Of a stretch of DNA of 60,929 nucleotides, positions 1 to 9,814 are shown piece by piece. Under the pieces are notes generated by a model. The model searched no databases. It was given only the letters and a program-made list of their open reading frames with translations, and was not told the origin of the DNA. Position 1 is the first letter of the stretch. Each line of letters begins with the position of its first letter. Source of the stretch: Mycoplasma sp. CAG:472 (lineage in GTDB: Bacteria; Bacillota_I; Bacilli_A; RF39; UBA660); the NCBI GenBank assembly GCA_000437315.1, contig FR899426.1, forward strand, positions 1-60,929. Reading direction: 5' to 3'. The position numbers were made by a program, and so were the translations under genes.

Positions 1-1409
1 TTATAATTTTCTAAAAGTTCATTATACTTATCTATAATTTCATCATATTTTTCATTGATATCATCAATTATATCAGTTTGATTTTTAATATTTTCATATT
101 CTTTTTCAATATTATTTTTTAAAATATTAATATTTTTTTCATTAGCATAAATTTTAATTATACTATTATCTATAAAGTTATAATTATACACTTTATTATG
201 CTTTAAATTATCGACTAAATCATCAAATATATTTTTAGCATTTACTCCATATTGATGTAAAATAATTCTATAAACGTAAGCATTTTCTTTAGTATGTGAT
301 GTAACAAAATCTGGGTATGTTTCTACTTCAATTTTAATATTATCTAAAGTATTATCAATTACATATTCATAATGAGTATTTGTATCAATTAAAAGATTAT
401 CTTGCATCTTTACATTAAACTCACTTTTTGTAGTTTTAAACTTTGGAGAAATACTATTTATATAACTAATTTTAGATATCTCAATTGAAAATAATCCAGA
501 ACCTATTCCAAATATAGAAAGTGATGCAATTAAAGTAATAAGCATTCTTTTGAATGGAATTTTCTTACTAAATAATAAGTCAAATAAGAATTCTATAGTT
601 AAAATATTTAAGAAAATAATTGATAATGAAATAAGAATTAAACCAATGTATGTAAGCCCGTTAAATGCAAAATATAATATTATAATAAGTCCTATAAAAA
701 ATATAATTAAAGTAACTAGAAATGGAAATGTAAAACAAGCTATAAAAAATTTAACAAAAACAATTAAAATATTAGAAAATAAATTAATAAATGAATAATC
801 ATTTCTCTTTATTTCTTTTATAGGTTTACTTTCCTTTACCTCTTTTGTAAATTTTAAATCATTATCTTTTTTTAAATCCATTTTGTCTAAAAAACCAATT
901 TTAAATATATATATCATTACTATAATAAATAAAGCAACATAAGCAAATTCAAATATAAATTCAAAAAAGTTTGCCACAAAAATTGTAAAATCATTTTGAC
1001 TAACACTTGTTATTAAATTAGTTACTTTATTACTTAATAAGTTAACTGGTAACTTTAATATTAATAATGCTAAAAATGTAAACATCATAACTAAAAAACA
1101 TTTTGTATTATCAAGAAGTGTATTATTAACAATAAAGTTATAAGTATTTTTTACAAAACTAAAGAAACTATCAATTGCATTTTTATCTTTATTTTCAGTA
1201 TTATTAATATCTACATCATCATTTGTAAGACTATCTAAAGTAACATTAAATATTTTGCATATAGCAAGGAGTTTGTCCATTTCTGGATATGTTTGTCCAC
1301 TTTCCCATTTTGATACAGATTGCCTTGATACATCAAGTGATGCTGCTAAGTCTTCTTGACTCATCTTATTTTCTTTTCTAAGTTTTACTAACTTTTCACT
1401 AAAATTCAT
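1..1409 (-). CDS. XRE-family HTH regulator fused to a multi-pass membrane region (3' end runs off the window)
   Basis: Absent from the ORF track because no stop lies inside the window. My translation from ATG 1409-1407 gives MNFSEKLVKLRKENKMSQEDLAASLDVSRQSVSKWESGQTYPEMDKLLAICKIFNVTLDSL (Cro/C1 HTH_3 motif), then several hydrophobic helices; the frame stays open to position 3. A purine-rich SD (AGAAGGAAAG) lies upstream. Confidence 0.8.
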   Translation of the reverse strand, partial: MNFSEKLVKLRKENKMSQEDLAASLDVSRQSVSKWESGQTYPEMDKLLAICKIFNVTLDSLTNDDVDINNTENKDKNAIDSFFSFVKNTYNFIVNNTLLDNTKCFLVMMFTFLALLILKLPVNLLSNKVTNLITSVSQNDFTIFVANFFEFIFEFAYVALFIIVMIYIFKIGFLDKMDLKKDNDLKFTKEVKESKPIKEIKRNDYSFINLFSNILIVFVKFFIACFTFPFLVTLIIFFIGLIIILYFAFNGLTYIGLILISLSIIFLNILTIEFLFDLLFSKKIPFKRMLITLIASLSIFGIGSGLFSIEISKISYINSISPKFKTTKSEFNVKMQDNLLIDTNTHYEYVIDNTLDNIKIEVETYPDFVTSHTKENAYVYRIILHQYGVNAKNIFDDLVDNLKHNKVYNYNFIDNSIIKIYANEKNINILKNNIEKEYENIKNQTDIIDDINEKYDEIIDKYNELLENY

Positions 1410-1442
1410 AATCTTTCCTTCTTTCTAAAAAAATTTTATCAT

Positions 1443-1497
1443 GTAACTCAGTTGCGGAAAACCAATTTTAGGTTGTTTTTTGTAACTTTTGAGTTGC
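1443..1497. promoter_or_regulatory. Two near-palindromic GTAAC-N3/6-GTTGC sites upstream of the HTH gene (possible operator)
   Basis: GTAACTCAGTTGC at 1443-1455 and GTAACTTTTGAGTTGC at 1482-1497, both in the 90-bp gap between the 719-aa gene and the HTH gene. Confidence 0.3.
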
Positions 1498-1498
1498 A

Positions 1499-3658
1499 TT
1501 ATCTATAATAAGATTGTTCTTTTACATGTCCATCTTTATCAAAATAACTTGCATACTCTTTTTCTAAACTTAAATATTCATTATATTCATTTATAGCTCT
1601 AGGATCACTACCAACAATACATGAAATAATACTATAATCATCATTAATTAAAATGAAAAAGTCTTTATTATATATTATCTTTAAAGCATGCGATAAATCT
1701 AAAATTCCAAATGTTTTTTCATAATATATTTTATTTATATTTGTTATGTCTTCTTTGGTAATATACTCTTTTTCTATTTCTTTAGTTTCCATTCTTGGAT
1801 CTAAATATCTAACAGTGGCTTCAAAACTTGAGGTAGTATAAAGTGATGTATCATCTTTTTTCGTAATTATATAATTTGCATAATCATATCCACCTAAATT
1901 GGCATACATATCTGGGGTTTCATCTAATGGTCTTAAATTTTCATAACTAATAAGGTCCCTAGGCATCATTTCATAACCACCAATTCTTTCAATTTGATTT
2001 TTATAATTACCCATGAGTACTAAAGAAATACTTTCTTCTTTGCTTTCATTTAACGAAGAAATATTAATCATTTTTTCAAAAGCAGTTTTTGCTACATCAA
2101 ATATATTTCTCATATAATCAATATTTTTTACACTTATAGATTCAATTGAGTTACATAAAAGTACATTTCCATTTCTAACAAAAGGAATCATTGCACATAC
2201 ATTTTCATTACTATCTTTTATAACTAAAACTCTTCCGTTAACATTTTCGGCGCAGTACCTAACAAAAGAGTCCGCTTCCCCACCTATTTTAAAACAACAA
2301 TTGGTTTTTGAACCCATTACAAATAAATTAGGATCATCACAAGAAAGTGTTTCGTAATAATAACCATCTTTTGTGCCACTTACATAAGGAATAGTTTTTT
2401 GATAGTTATGACGCACCTTTCTATATTCCTCACTTATATTTTGAATAATACTATTATCATTAGTAAATGATTGAAACTTTTTATTATCTACACATTCATT
2501 AATTATACTTCCCTCAAGTGGTGCTAAATCTGGATCAAGGGGTCTTAATATACCATTTTTAAGTAAATCTTTATAAAAATCTATTTTATTATAAATATGT
2601 TGCGTTTTAAATCTTTTTTCATATTCACTAAAACCAGCATATATAACATCAACATTTTGTGATATTTCATAATCGTTATTAAGAATACTTTTTAATAATC
2701 CATTTGGACTAAAAAAGAAATTAATAAACTGCTCATCATAAATAATTTTACCAAAATTTAAATGAATTTTTTGTAAATCTATTAAATATAAACTACTAAA
2801 TACTTTTCTAAATTTATTTTCATCTTTATTTAACATATTAATTAACTTTTCAGAATTTTGATAGCCTAAGACAGCAATTAAATTTATAGCAAAACGCATT
2901 TGTCTATCATAATTATAATGTTTAAAATCATCGAAATTATTTTGAACTATATTAATTAAGTTTTTAACTTGTTTAGGTTTAATATCAAGTAGTACCTCTA
3001 AAGAGTTATTATCAAAATTATTTAATTTATCTTTATATTTTCCTTCGACTAAAATTCTTTTGTAAGAACTATAATCATACTTTATAATATCAATAAGATT
3101 TATATCACCACTTAATAAATAACCAATAATTTCATTTATTTTAGAATCTATATTTTCCAAATTAGAATTTTCCTTAAGAATATTAGATTTTAAATGATCA
3201 TTTAAAGTAGATATAACTTTTTTATTAAGTTTGCCACTTTGATGGTAATCCTTTTTCATTTGCAAAAAAGCATTAATAAATTTTATATCTTTAATATCTG
3301 TATAATCTATATCTATATTTTTAATTAATCCCTTATTAAAAAGTATTTCATATTCATTAAATATTACATTATAATCGAATCTTTTATCATCAAAACTATT
3401 TTCATTAATATCATTTATATTTGATATATCAAAAAACAAAGGTACAGTTTTAGCAATAGTAATAAGCATTTTTTTATAATACTTTTCATAATCATACATA
3501 TAAATATACATAAAAAGTTTACTTGCATTATCAAAATAAATAGAACATAAATTTATTAATTCTTCCTCAGTAAAGTCACGAAAACCATCTTCATTTAAAA
3601 ACATCGTATTATTTATTTTAATATTTGGATAAGCATTAATAAACTGTTCTTTTGTCAT
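1499..3658 (-). CDS. Hypothetical 719-aa protein, no family recognised
   Basis: Long uninterrupted ORF with SD (GGAGGTAAAAATG). There is no P-loop or other motif I can name. The C-terminal third has a Cys-containing block, SKTNCCFKIGGEADSFVRYCAENVNGRVLVIKD. Confidence 0.7.
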   Translation of the reverse strand: MTKEQFINAYPNIKINNTMFLNEDGFRDFTEEELINLCSIYFDNASKLFMYIYMYDYEKYYKKMLITIAKTVPLFFDISNINDINENSFDDKRFDYNVIFNEYEILFNKGLIKNIDIDYTDIKDIKFINAFLQMKKDYHQSGKLNKKVISTLNDHLKSNILKENSNLENIDSKINEIIGYLLSGDINLIDIIKYDYSSYKRILVEGKYKDKLNNFDNNSLEVLLDIKPKQVKNLINIVQNNFDDFKHYNYDRQMRFAINLIAVLGYQNSEKLINMLNKDENKFRKVFSSLYLIDLQKIHLNFGKIIYDEQFINFFFSPNGLLKSILNNDYEISQNVDVIYAGFSEYEKRFKTQHIYNKIDFYKDLLKNGILRPLDPDLAPLEGSIINECVDNKKFQSFTNDNSIIQNISEEYRKVRHNYQKTIPYVSGTKDGYYYETLSCDDPNLFVMGSKTNCCFKIGGEADSFVRYCAENVNGRVLVIKDSNENVCAMIPFVRNGNVLLCNSIESISVKNIDYMRNIFDVAKTAFEKMINISSLNESKEESISLVLMGNYKNQIERIGGYEMMPRDLISYENLRPLDETPDMYANLGGYDYANYIITKKDDTSLYTTSSFEATVRYLDPRMETKEIEKEYITKEDITNINKIYYEKTFGILDLSHALKIIYNKDFFILINDDYSIISCIVGSDPRAINEYNEYLSLEKEYASYFDKDGHVKEQSYYR

Positions 3659-3884
3659 TTTTACCTCCGATTAATTTTTATTTTTAAGACAGTATTTGCA
3701 TGATATTTATAAAGTCTATAATATGAGCATTTTATATCATCGATTGATTTTACACCTAATGTTACAATATTTTATGAACTTAGTTTATTATTTTCATTTT
3801 CATAAAATTCACACCTATTTATAGTATATATTTTTTTATAAATATTGTATATCATTTAACATACACTTTACATTTTGATTTACA

Positions 3885-3921
3885 CTATACAATTTTCAAG
3901 ACTTTTACTATACAATTTTCA
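3885..3921. repeat. Two 14-nt direct repeats CTATACAATTTTCA spaced 23 nt start to start
   Basis: The copies lie at 3885-3898 and 3908-3921, in the intergenic region upstream of the 719-aa gene. This could be a regulator binding site. Confidence 0.3.
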
Positions 3922-3934
3922 GAAAATAAAAACT

Positions 3935-4441
3935 TTATTTAACTTTTTCTCCATTTTCACAGTGATGATAAAATTCTAATAAATTTATTCCATATCTTGG
4001 TTTAGAATATTTAAAAATAAATAAATTTGTATCATCATAATTATTATTTAATTCATCATTTATAAACTTTTCTTTAATGTCATTTAAAGCAATATTTTCT
4101 GAACTATATTTTCTAATTCCACGGTATTTTTCCCAAGAATGTTCAAACCAATAATAGTCATTATCAATTTTATATATTAAAAATGTATGTGTTGGACAAA
4201 TATTATCAGAATAATATACTATAAAATATGTATTAAATTTAATGTTTTTCTTATCAAATAAATATCTTTCTAATTCTACTTGATCCCAACAAACTCCTAC
4301 TTTATTATTTAAAGTTTCTCCTGGGGACTGTAATGTATATAAACTTTCAAAGTCTTTATCAATTACATAATGTATATTTCCATTTATATCTAAATAACCA
4401 TATTTAATATCATTCATAATATTCATTATATCATTTTCCAT
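3935..4441 (-). CDS. Hypothetical 168-aa protein with a Cys...His arrangement suggestive of a papain/transglutaminase-like fold
   Basis: ORF with motifs NKVGVCWDQVELERYLF and CPTHTFLIYK...YYWFEHSW. The fold assignment is by eye only. Confidence 0.55.
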   Translation of the reverse strand: MENDIMNIMNDIKYGYLDINGNIHYVIDKDFESLYTLQSPGETLNNKVGVCWDQVELERYLFDKKNIKFNTYFIVYYSDNICPTHTFLIYKIDNDYYWFEHSWEKYRGIRKYSSENIALNDIKEKFINDELNNNYDDTNLFIFKYSKPRYGINLLEFYHHCENGEKVK

Positions 4442-4467
4442 ATATCATATATTTCCTTTCTAAATAT

Positions 4468-5489
4468 TTAATTTTTATCTAAGCTTTCCGTGATTTGATT
4501 TAATTTATTAATAGAATTTAAATACTCTTTTTCAATAGGAGTAAGTTCTTTTATTTGATATTTTTCATACTCTATTTTTGCTTTTTCCATAGCTTTTTTA
4601 TGACTAATTTTTCCAGGATTAGTTAATACTTCAGCATTCAATGAATTCAAAATTTTATCTAGTTGATTTATATAATTTTCATTCTCATTGTTTTATGTTT
4701 CATCGCTTGAAACTCCGCAAAATCAAAATAACCAGAAACTAGATTATTTAACATCTTTAACTCTTCTTCCGTTAAGTAATTTTTAGCAATTTCTATATCA
4801 TTAATACTTGGTAATTCGCCTTTAAAACTAGTAAGTCCCATAAATGGTTTATTTGAATCTGCTCTATTATATATCACTTCAGCTGCCGTGTTTCCGTGGG
4901 CAGCATAATGAAATTTGTTTTGTACCATCTTAAAGAACTTTATTGTTTCAGCTGCTTTAGGATTATAATCAATAGCAGTAGCATATAAATCTAAAACTTG
5001 TCTATATAATACTTTTTCAGACGACCTTATATCTTTAATGCGATTTAAAAGTTCATAAAAATATTTTCCACCACCAAGATTTTTAAGTCTTTCATCATCC
5101 ATAGTATAGCCTTTAATTATATATTCTTTAATTCTTTCTGTAGCCCATTTTCTAAAACGGACTCCTTCTAAAGATTTAACTCGATAACCAACACTAATTA
5201 CTACATCTAAATTATAATAAGAAACAGGTTGTTTCACACCATCAACACGCACTTTTTGCGTGTTGTTTTCCCTATCTAATTCACCATCATTGAAAACATT
5301 ATTTATATGCTTTCTGATAACTTTTTCATCTCTATTAAAAATTTGTGCCATCTGATTAGCGGTCAACCAAACAGTTTCATTTTCAAAATTAACATCTAAT
5401 TTAATATTTCCATCTTTTGACTCATATATAATTAATTCTGAATCATTTATCTTTGTAATTTCACTTTTCATTTCATTACATCCTTTCAC
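4468..5489 (-). pseudogene. RhuM-family (virulence/Fic-Doc-associated) gene split by a -1 frameshift
   Basis: The 273-aa part carries the RhuM signature YYNLDVVISVGYRVKSLEGVRFRKWATERIKEY. The 60-aa ORF (LTNPGKISHKKAMEKAKIEYEKYQ) is the normal RhuM C-terminus in another frame. The frames switch at an A4 run (T run 4676-4679 on the + strand). Confidence 0.75.
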
Positions 5490-5580
5490 AACAAATTTAA
5501 TTAATTTTCATATACCAAGTAAAATATATAAATATGCACTCCAACATCAGAATTTCCTAAGATTTTTTCAAGTCAACTCA

Positions 5581-6780
5581 TTATGTATGAATTTTTCTAT
5601 CCAATATACAAAAGCATTCAATATGATATGTATAAGAAAACATATCTAAAATATAAAACTTTTTTATTTCATAATTAGCTAAATCTACTAAATTATTTGC
5701 TAAACTTTGTGTATCGCAAGAAACATAAATAATTCTTTGAGGACAAATATTATTAATAACCTCAATTGTTTTTTTATCAAGACCCGCTCTTGCAGGATCT
5801 ACAATAATAGTATCAATTTTATCATTAATAAAACCTATTTTATCCTCGACTTTACCTAAAATAAAATTAATATTATCACATTTATTAATCTTTGCATTTA
5901 TTAAAGCATTTTTAACAGCATTAGGAATAACTTCAATTGAATAAACCTTATCTACTACTTTACTTGCTACAATAGATAATGTTCCAACACCTGAATATAA
6001 ATCTAGTACAGTTTTTCCTACAATATTTTCTTTTATTAAATTAAACAATTCTAAATTTATATAATTATTAACTTGAAAAAATGAATTATAACTTACTGTA
6101 AAAAATAAATTATTAATCTTCTCCATAAAATTATCTTGTCCATAAATACATTTATCATTTAAAACTATTCCAACAATTTTATAATCTTCGGGATTTAAAA
6201 TAACTGGTTTTTCTTTAGAATCTATTATAATAAGAACTTCATCATTATAATTTGCTCTTATAGTAACATTTGCATTTTCTAATTTCATATTTTTAACAAA
6301 TTCAAATGATTTATTTATAGACTTTTTAGTTACTTTACACTCCTTTATTTCAATAAGATTATGAGTACTTTTTTCATAAAATCCAAGTTTACAATCCACT
6401 ATTTTAAGTTCTATTTTATTACGATAATATAAATCATTTTCATTTCTAATTACATTAATTTTAGGAATATCAAATTTAGATAAAATATTTTTAACTCTTT
6501 CTTTTTTATATTCTAAAGTATTTTCATAATTTAAATGACATAAACTGCATCCACCACAAACTCCAAAATATTTACAAAATGGTTCGACTCGTTTAGAACT
6601 TTTATAAATAATTGTATTAATATTTCCTTCCATAAAACTTTTTTTATCTTTTGTAATTGTTACATCAACAGTTTCACCAGGAAGAGCTCCTTTTACAAAA
6701 ATAATTTTACCATTGATATTTCCAATCCCATTACCAAAATGATCCATTCTATCAATATGTACTTGCATTTTAACCACCAA
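5581..6780 (-). CDS. rlmD: 23S rRNA (uracil-C5)-methyltransferase, RumA/RlmD/RlmCD family, with TRAM domain and 4-Cys cluster
   Basis: N-terminal TRAM-like region; Cys cluster CKYFGVCGGCSLCH; SAM motif VLDLYSGVGT; DPARAG; catalytic YVSCD. Confidence 0.85.
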   Translation of the reverse strand: MVVKMQVHIDRMDHFGNGIGNINGKIIFVKGALPGETVDVTITKDKKSFMEGNINTIIYKSSKRVEPFCKYFGVCGGCSLCHLNYENTLEYKKERVKNILSKFDIPKINVIRNENDLYYRNKIELKIVDCKLGFYEKSTHNLIEIKECKVTKKSINKSFEFVKNMKLENANVTIRANYNDEVLIIIDSKEKPVILNPEDYKIVGIVLNDKCIYGQDNFMEKINNLFFTVSYNSFFQVNNYINLELFNLIKENIVGKTVLDLYSGVGTLSIVASKVVDKVYSIEVIPNAVKNALINAKINKCDNINFILGKVEDKIGFINDKIDTIIVDPARAGLDKKTIEVINNICPQRIIYVSCDTQSLANNLVDLANYEIKKFYILDMFSYTYHIECFCILDRKIHT

Positions 6781-6833
6781 AATAATTATATCATGGTAGA
6801 ACTATAAAAAAAAGAACTTCAATTGTCCCTAAA

Positions 6834-6933
6834 ATAAAAAAATCAGGACACTGTCGTAATAGCTTCCCATTAAAAATGATTTAACATTTTTCCCTGTATA
6901 TTCAATCTATTCAAATTAACTATATGTTGTCAA
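6834..6933 (-). ncRNA. Small transcription unit copy 1 (promoter, AAAAATG/CATTTTT hairpin, terminator-like hairpin with U run)
   Basis: On the minus strand: TTGACA (6933-6928), then AAAAATGTTAAATCATTTTTAATGGGAAGCTATTACGACAGTGTCCTGATTTTTTT. It is a tandem paralogue of copy 2. There is no ORF. Confidence 0.35.
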
Positions 6934-6951
6934 TAAAAATAATTCCTGAAA

Positions 6952-7053
6952 TAAAAAAAAACAGACCTCCGTCGTAACGGTTGCCCTTTAAAAATGATTT
7001 AACATTTTTTCAACGCATACTCAATATACTATAATTAACTATATGTTGTCAAT
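6952..7053 (-). ncRNA. Small transcription unit copy 2 (TTGACA-18 nt-TATATT promoter, hairpin, terminator)
   Basis: On the minus strand: TTGACA (7052-7047), N18, TATATT, then GAGTATGCGTTGAAAAAATGTTAAATCATTTTTAAAGGGCAACCGTTACGACGGAGGTCTGTTTTTTTTT. The stem around the TACG loop shows partly compensatory changes relative to copy 1. Confidence 0.4.
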
Positions 7054-7134
7054 GATATTTAATAATAAAATTTAATTAATTTATCAAAATATTCATATAC
7101 TGATTTCAGTAATTCATTATCTTTATAATATTCT

Positions 7135-7260
7135 TTATTCATTGGAATTCTTTTGTAAAAGAACTTTTTTAATTTTCTTTTTAATCATTAACTTAAATTT
7201 AATATTTTTACTTTTAAGTAGTTTAATCATTTCATCAATTGTAGTTTTTGGTTTTAGCAT
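7135..7260 (-). pseudogene. Possible N-terminal remnant of an Abi (Abi_2/AbiD-like) gene
   Basis: A 41-aa ORF, MLKPKTTIDEMIKLLKSKNIKFKL..., resembles the start of Abi_2 proteins (K.f.tideqi.lLk.rg..f). A second frame continues KLKKFFYKRIPMNKEYYKDNELL and then stops. It is only a fragment. Confidence 0.25.
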
Positions 7261-7364
7261 AATAACCTCCCTGTGAGGATGTATTATAATTGTAAGTATT
7301 AAAATAAATTGTCGAACTATTTCATATATATCATATTTTCTAATAATTTAGCCATAATATAGTT

Positions 7365-8744
7365 ATGATAAATAAAATAAAGGAAATGTTTTCAGAAAAT
7401 GATGATTTAGTTATAAGAAAAGTAAAAATTAATTTTTTTCATAGTATCTATGTTATTTTTTTTGATACTTTGGTTAATCAAGATAAAATTAATGAATATA
7501 TTTTAAAAAGAATTACTAGTATAAATAAACTTCATAACTTTGAAAGTGAAGTACCTGGCAGTAATGTTAATAAAATAAAGTTTAATAAAATAGAATACTT
7601 TTTATATAATGGTTTTACGATTGTAATTAATCAAAATAAAATATATGCTATTGAAACTCGTGCATCTCTTGACAGAAATGTTTCAGTTAATGAAATAGAG
7701 CCATCACTAAAAGGTCCAAGAAATGCCTTTATTGAAAATTATCAAACTAATTTAGGCCTTATAAAAAGGCGTATTAAAACAAGTAATTTAAAATGTAAAA
7801 ATCTTGATATTGGAAGAATTTCTAAAACTAAAATAGGTATATTATATATCGAAGGCATAACTAAAACTAAACTTGTTGATATGGCTTATCAAAAACTCGA
7901 AAAAGTGGATATTGACCTTATTAACGATAGTGAAAACTTAAAAAAATATTTATCTGAAAATCCTCATTTACCTACGATAATTGCTACCGAAAGACCTGAT
8001 AGATGTGCAAGAGCATTAGCCGAAGGTAAAATAGTAATACTTGCAAATGATAGTCCAACCGCCTTAATCTTACCAGCGTTTTTTATTGATTTTATAAATC
8101 CATTTTCTGATGATTACACAAAAGATTTTAATATTAATATAACTAAATTTTTAAGACTAGCATCCTATATTTTATCTGTGGTTACCCCTGCATTTTATAT
8201 TGCTATTGTCGGTTATAATCAAGAAGCCATTCCCTCGAGTCTTATGATAAATTTTTCTATTCAAAGAAATGGAATTCCCTTTCCCGCTATAATAGAGTGT
8301 TTTTTAATGCTTGGTATTTGTGAAATTTTAAGAGAAAGTGATTTAAGATTTCCTACAAAATATGGTTCAGCTATATCAATACTTGGTGCCCTTGTTTTAG
8401 GTGAGTCTGCAGTAAGTGCAGGACTTATTACCCCAATAATGATAATAGTAACCTCTTTTACTTATATATCAAGTTTAATTTTTCCTGAAATCGAGGTAAC
8501 CAATTCTTTAAGATATTATAGATTTATTTGCCTTATTTGTGCATCCTTTTTAGGGCTATATGGTCTTTTAATTGGGTTTTTAGTCTTTTTAACAGATCTT
8601 ATTAGTACAAAATCAATAGGTTACCCATATATGTTTCCCCTACTTCCTTTTGATAAGACCTATACTAAAGAAACATTATTTAAAATGCATAATAACAAAA
8701 GAAGTGAACTTTTATCAAGTAACTTTACAAAGGAGAAATCATGA
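7365..8744 (+). CDS. Spore germination protein, GerA family A subunit
   Basis: 459 aa. A GerA-type soluble N-terminal region is followed by 4-5 TM helices (PTALILPAFFIDFINPFSDDY). ATGA stop/start overlap with the next gene. Confidence 0.9.
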   Translation: MINKIKEMFSENDDLVIRKVKINFFHSIYVIFFDTLVNQDKINEYILKRITSINKLHNFESEVPGSNVNKIKFNKIEYFLYNGFTIVINQNKIYAIETRASLDRNVSVNEIEPSLKGPRNAFIENYQTNLGLIKRRIKTSNLKCKNLDIGRISKTKIGILYIEGITKTKLVDMAYQKLEKVDIDLINDSENLKKYLSENPHLPTIIATERPDRCARALAEGKIVILANDSPTALILPAFFIDFINPFSDDYTKDFNINITKFLRLASYILSVVTPAFYIAIVGYNQEAIPSSLMINFSIQRNGIPFPAIIECFLMLGICEILRESDLRFPTKYGSAISILGALVLGESAVSAGLITPIMIIVTSFTYISSLIFPEIEVTNSLRYYRFICLICASFLGLYGLLIGFLVFLTDLISTKSIGYPYMFPLLPFDKTYTKETLFKMHNNKRSELLSSNFTKEKS

Positions 8745-9814
8745 AAAAAATCTTATTAATTATAATTATTATTTTTCTTACTGGTTGTTATAACTACACT
8801 GAAATTAATGATCTAGCCTTTATATCCTCAATAGGTATTGATTATAATAAAACTAATGAAAGATTTATTGTAACTTATGAAATATTAAATGATAACTCCA
8901 CTGGCGAGGGCAAAATTAATAAATCTTACACTATATCAGCCGAAGGTAAAAACATTACTGATGCTTTTAATAATACTTCATTAAAAGTAAATAATAAACC
9001 TTATTTTTATCATTTAAAAATAATTGCTATTGATGAAACAGTGGCTAAAAAATATACTAAAGATATTGTAGATTATATTCTTCGTAATCCTAATGTAAAA
9101 AACGAATTTTTTCTTATTTTAATTAAAAATGCTAAAGCTAAAGATATTTTAGATAAATCTGATGAAGTAGATCCTGATATTGGTAACAAAATATTTAAAA
9201 TGATTAAATCAAATGAGGAACAAAATAATATTTCAATTGATCAAAACTTCGAAGCCACAACAAAATTCTTTACAAGTAAATTATCAAACGCTCTTATAAA
9301 TACCTTTACAATTAATGATAAAGATGAAATCATTGAACTTGGATTATCAGCATTTAAAGAGTATGAATATATAAAAACATTAACTAATGAAGAAAGTGCT
9401 TTATTTAATCTAATTATCAAAGGAAAAGCAAGTTTAACTTTAAATAAAAAAGATGATGATAAAATTATATCAGTAAATATCTACTCTGGCAAAGGTAAAA
9501 TAGAAATTAAAGATAGTGAAGTTATCTATAACATCGATGCTTTAGGAGAAATAAAAGTAAATACAACAAACATTAATTTAAAGGATGAAAAAGCATATCA
9601 TAACCTTAATGATGAATTTAAAAAAATATTAAATGAAAAGTTATTAAAATTTATCGAAGTACTTAAAAATGATAATTTAGACATTCTCGAAGTAAATAAT
9701 CTATACTATGAAAAGACAAGAAAAGAAATGAATATATTTAAAAGTTTTGATTTTAAACTTAATACAAATATTAAAATAGATAAGAAAGGATTGATCTTTA
9801 ATTTTGAAAACTAA
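8741..9814 (+). CDS. Ger(x)C-family spore germination lipoprotein
   Basis: Lipobox IIFLTGC at the N-terminus; 357 aa; position between the A and B subunits. Confidence 0.85.
   Translation: MKKILLIIIIIFLTGCYNYTEINDLAFISSIGIDYNKTNERFIVTYEILNDNSTGEGKINKSYTISAEGKNITDAFNNTSLKVNNKPYFYHLKIIAIDETVAKKYTKDIVDYILRNPNVKNEFFLILIKNAKAKDILDKSDEVDPDIGNKIFKMIKSNEEQNNISIDQNFEATTKFFTSKLSNALINTFTINDKDEIIELGLSAFKEYEYIKTLTNEESALFNLIIKGKASLTLNKKDDDKIISVNIYSGKGKIEIKDSEVIYNIDALGEIKVNTTNINLKDEKAYHNLNDEFKKILNEKLLKFIEVLKNDNLDILEVNNLYYEKTRKEMNIFKSFDFKLNTNIKIDKKGLIFNFEN

Noticed and set aside
550-798. 82-aa plus-strand ORF from the track
   Set aside because: It lies entirely antisense to the long open frame of the XRE-HTH membrane protein (1-1409, minus strand). 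Its composition is typical of a shadow ORF in AT-rich DNA, and it has no SD.
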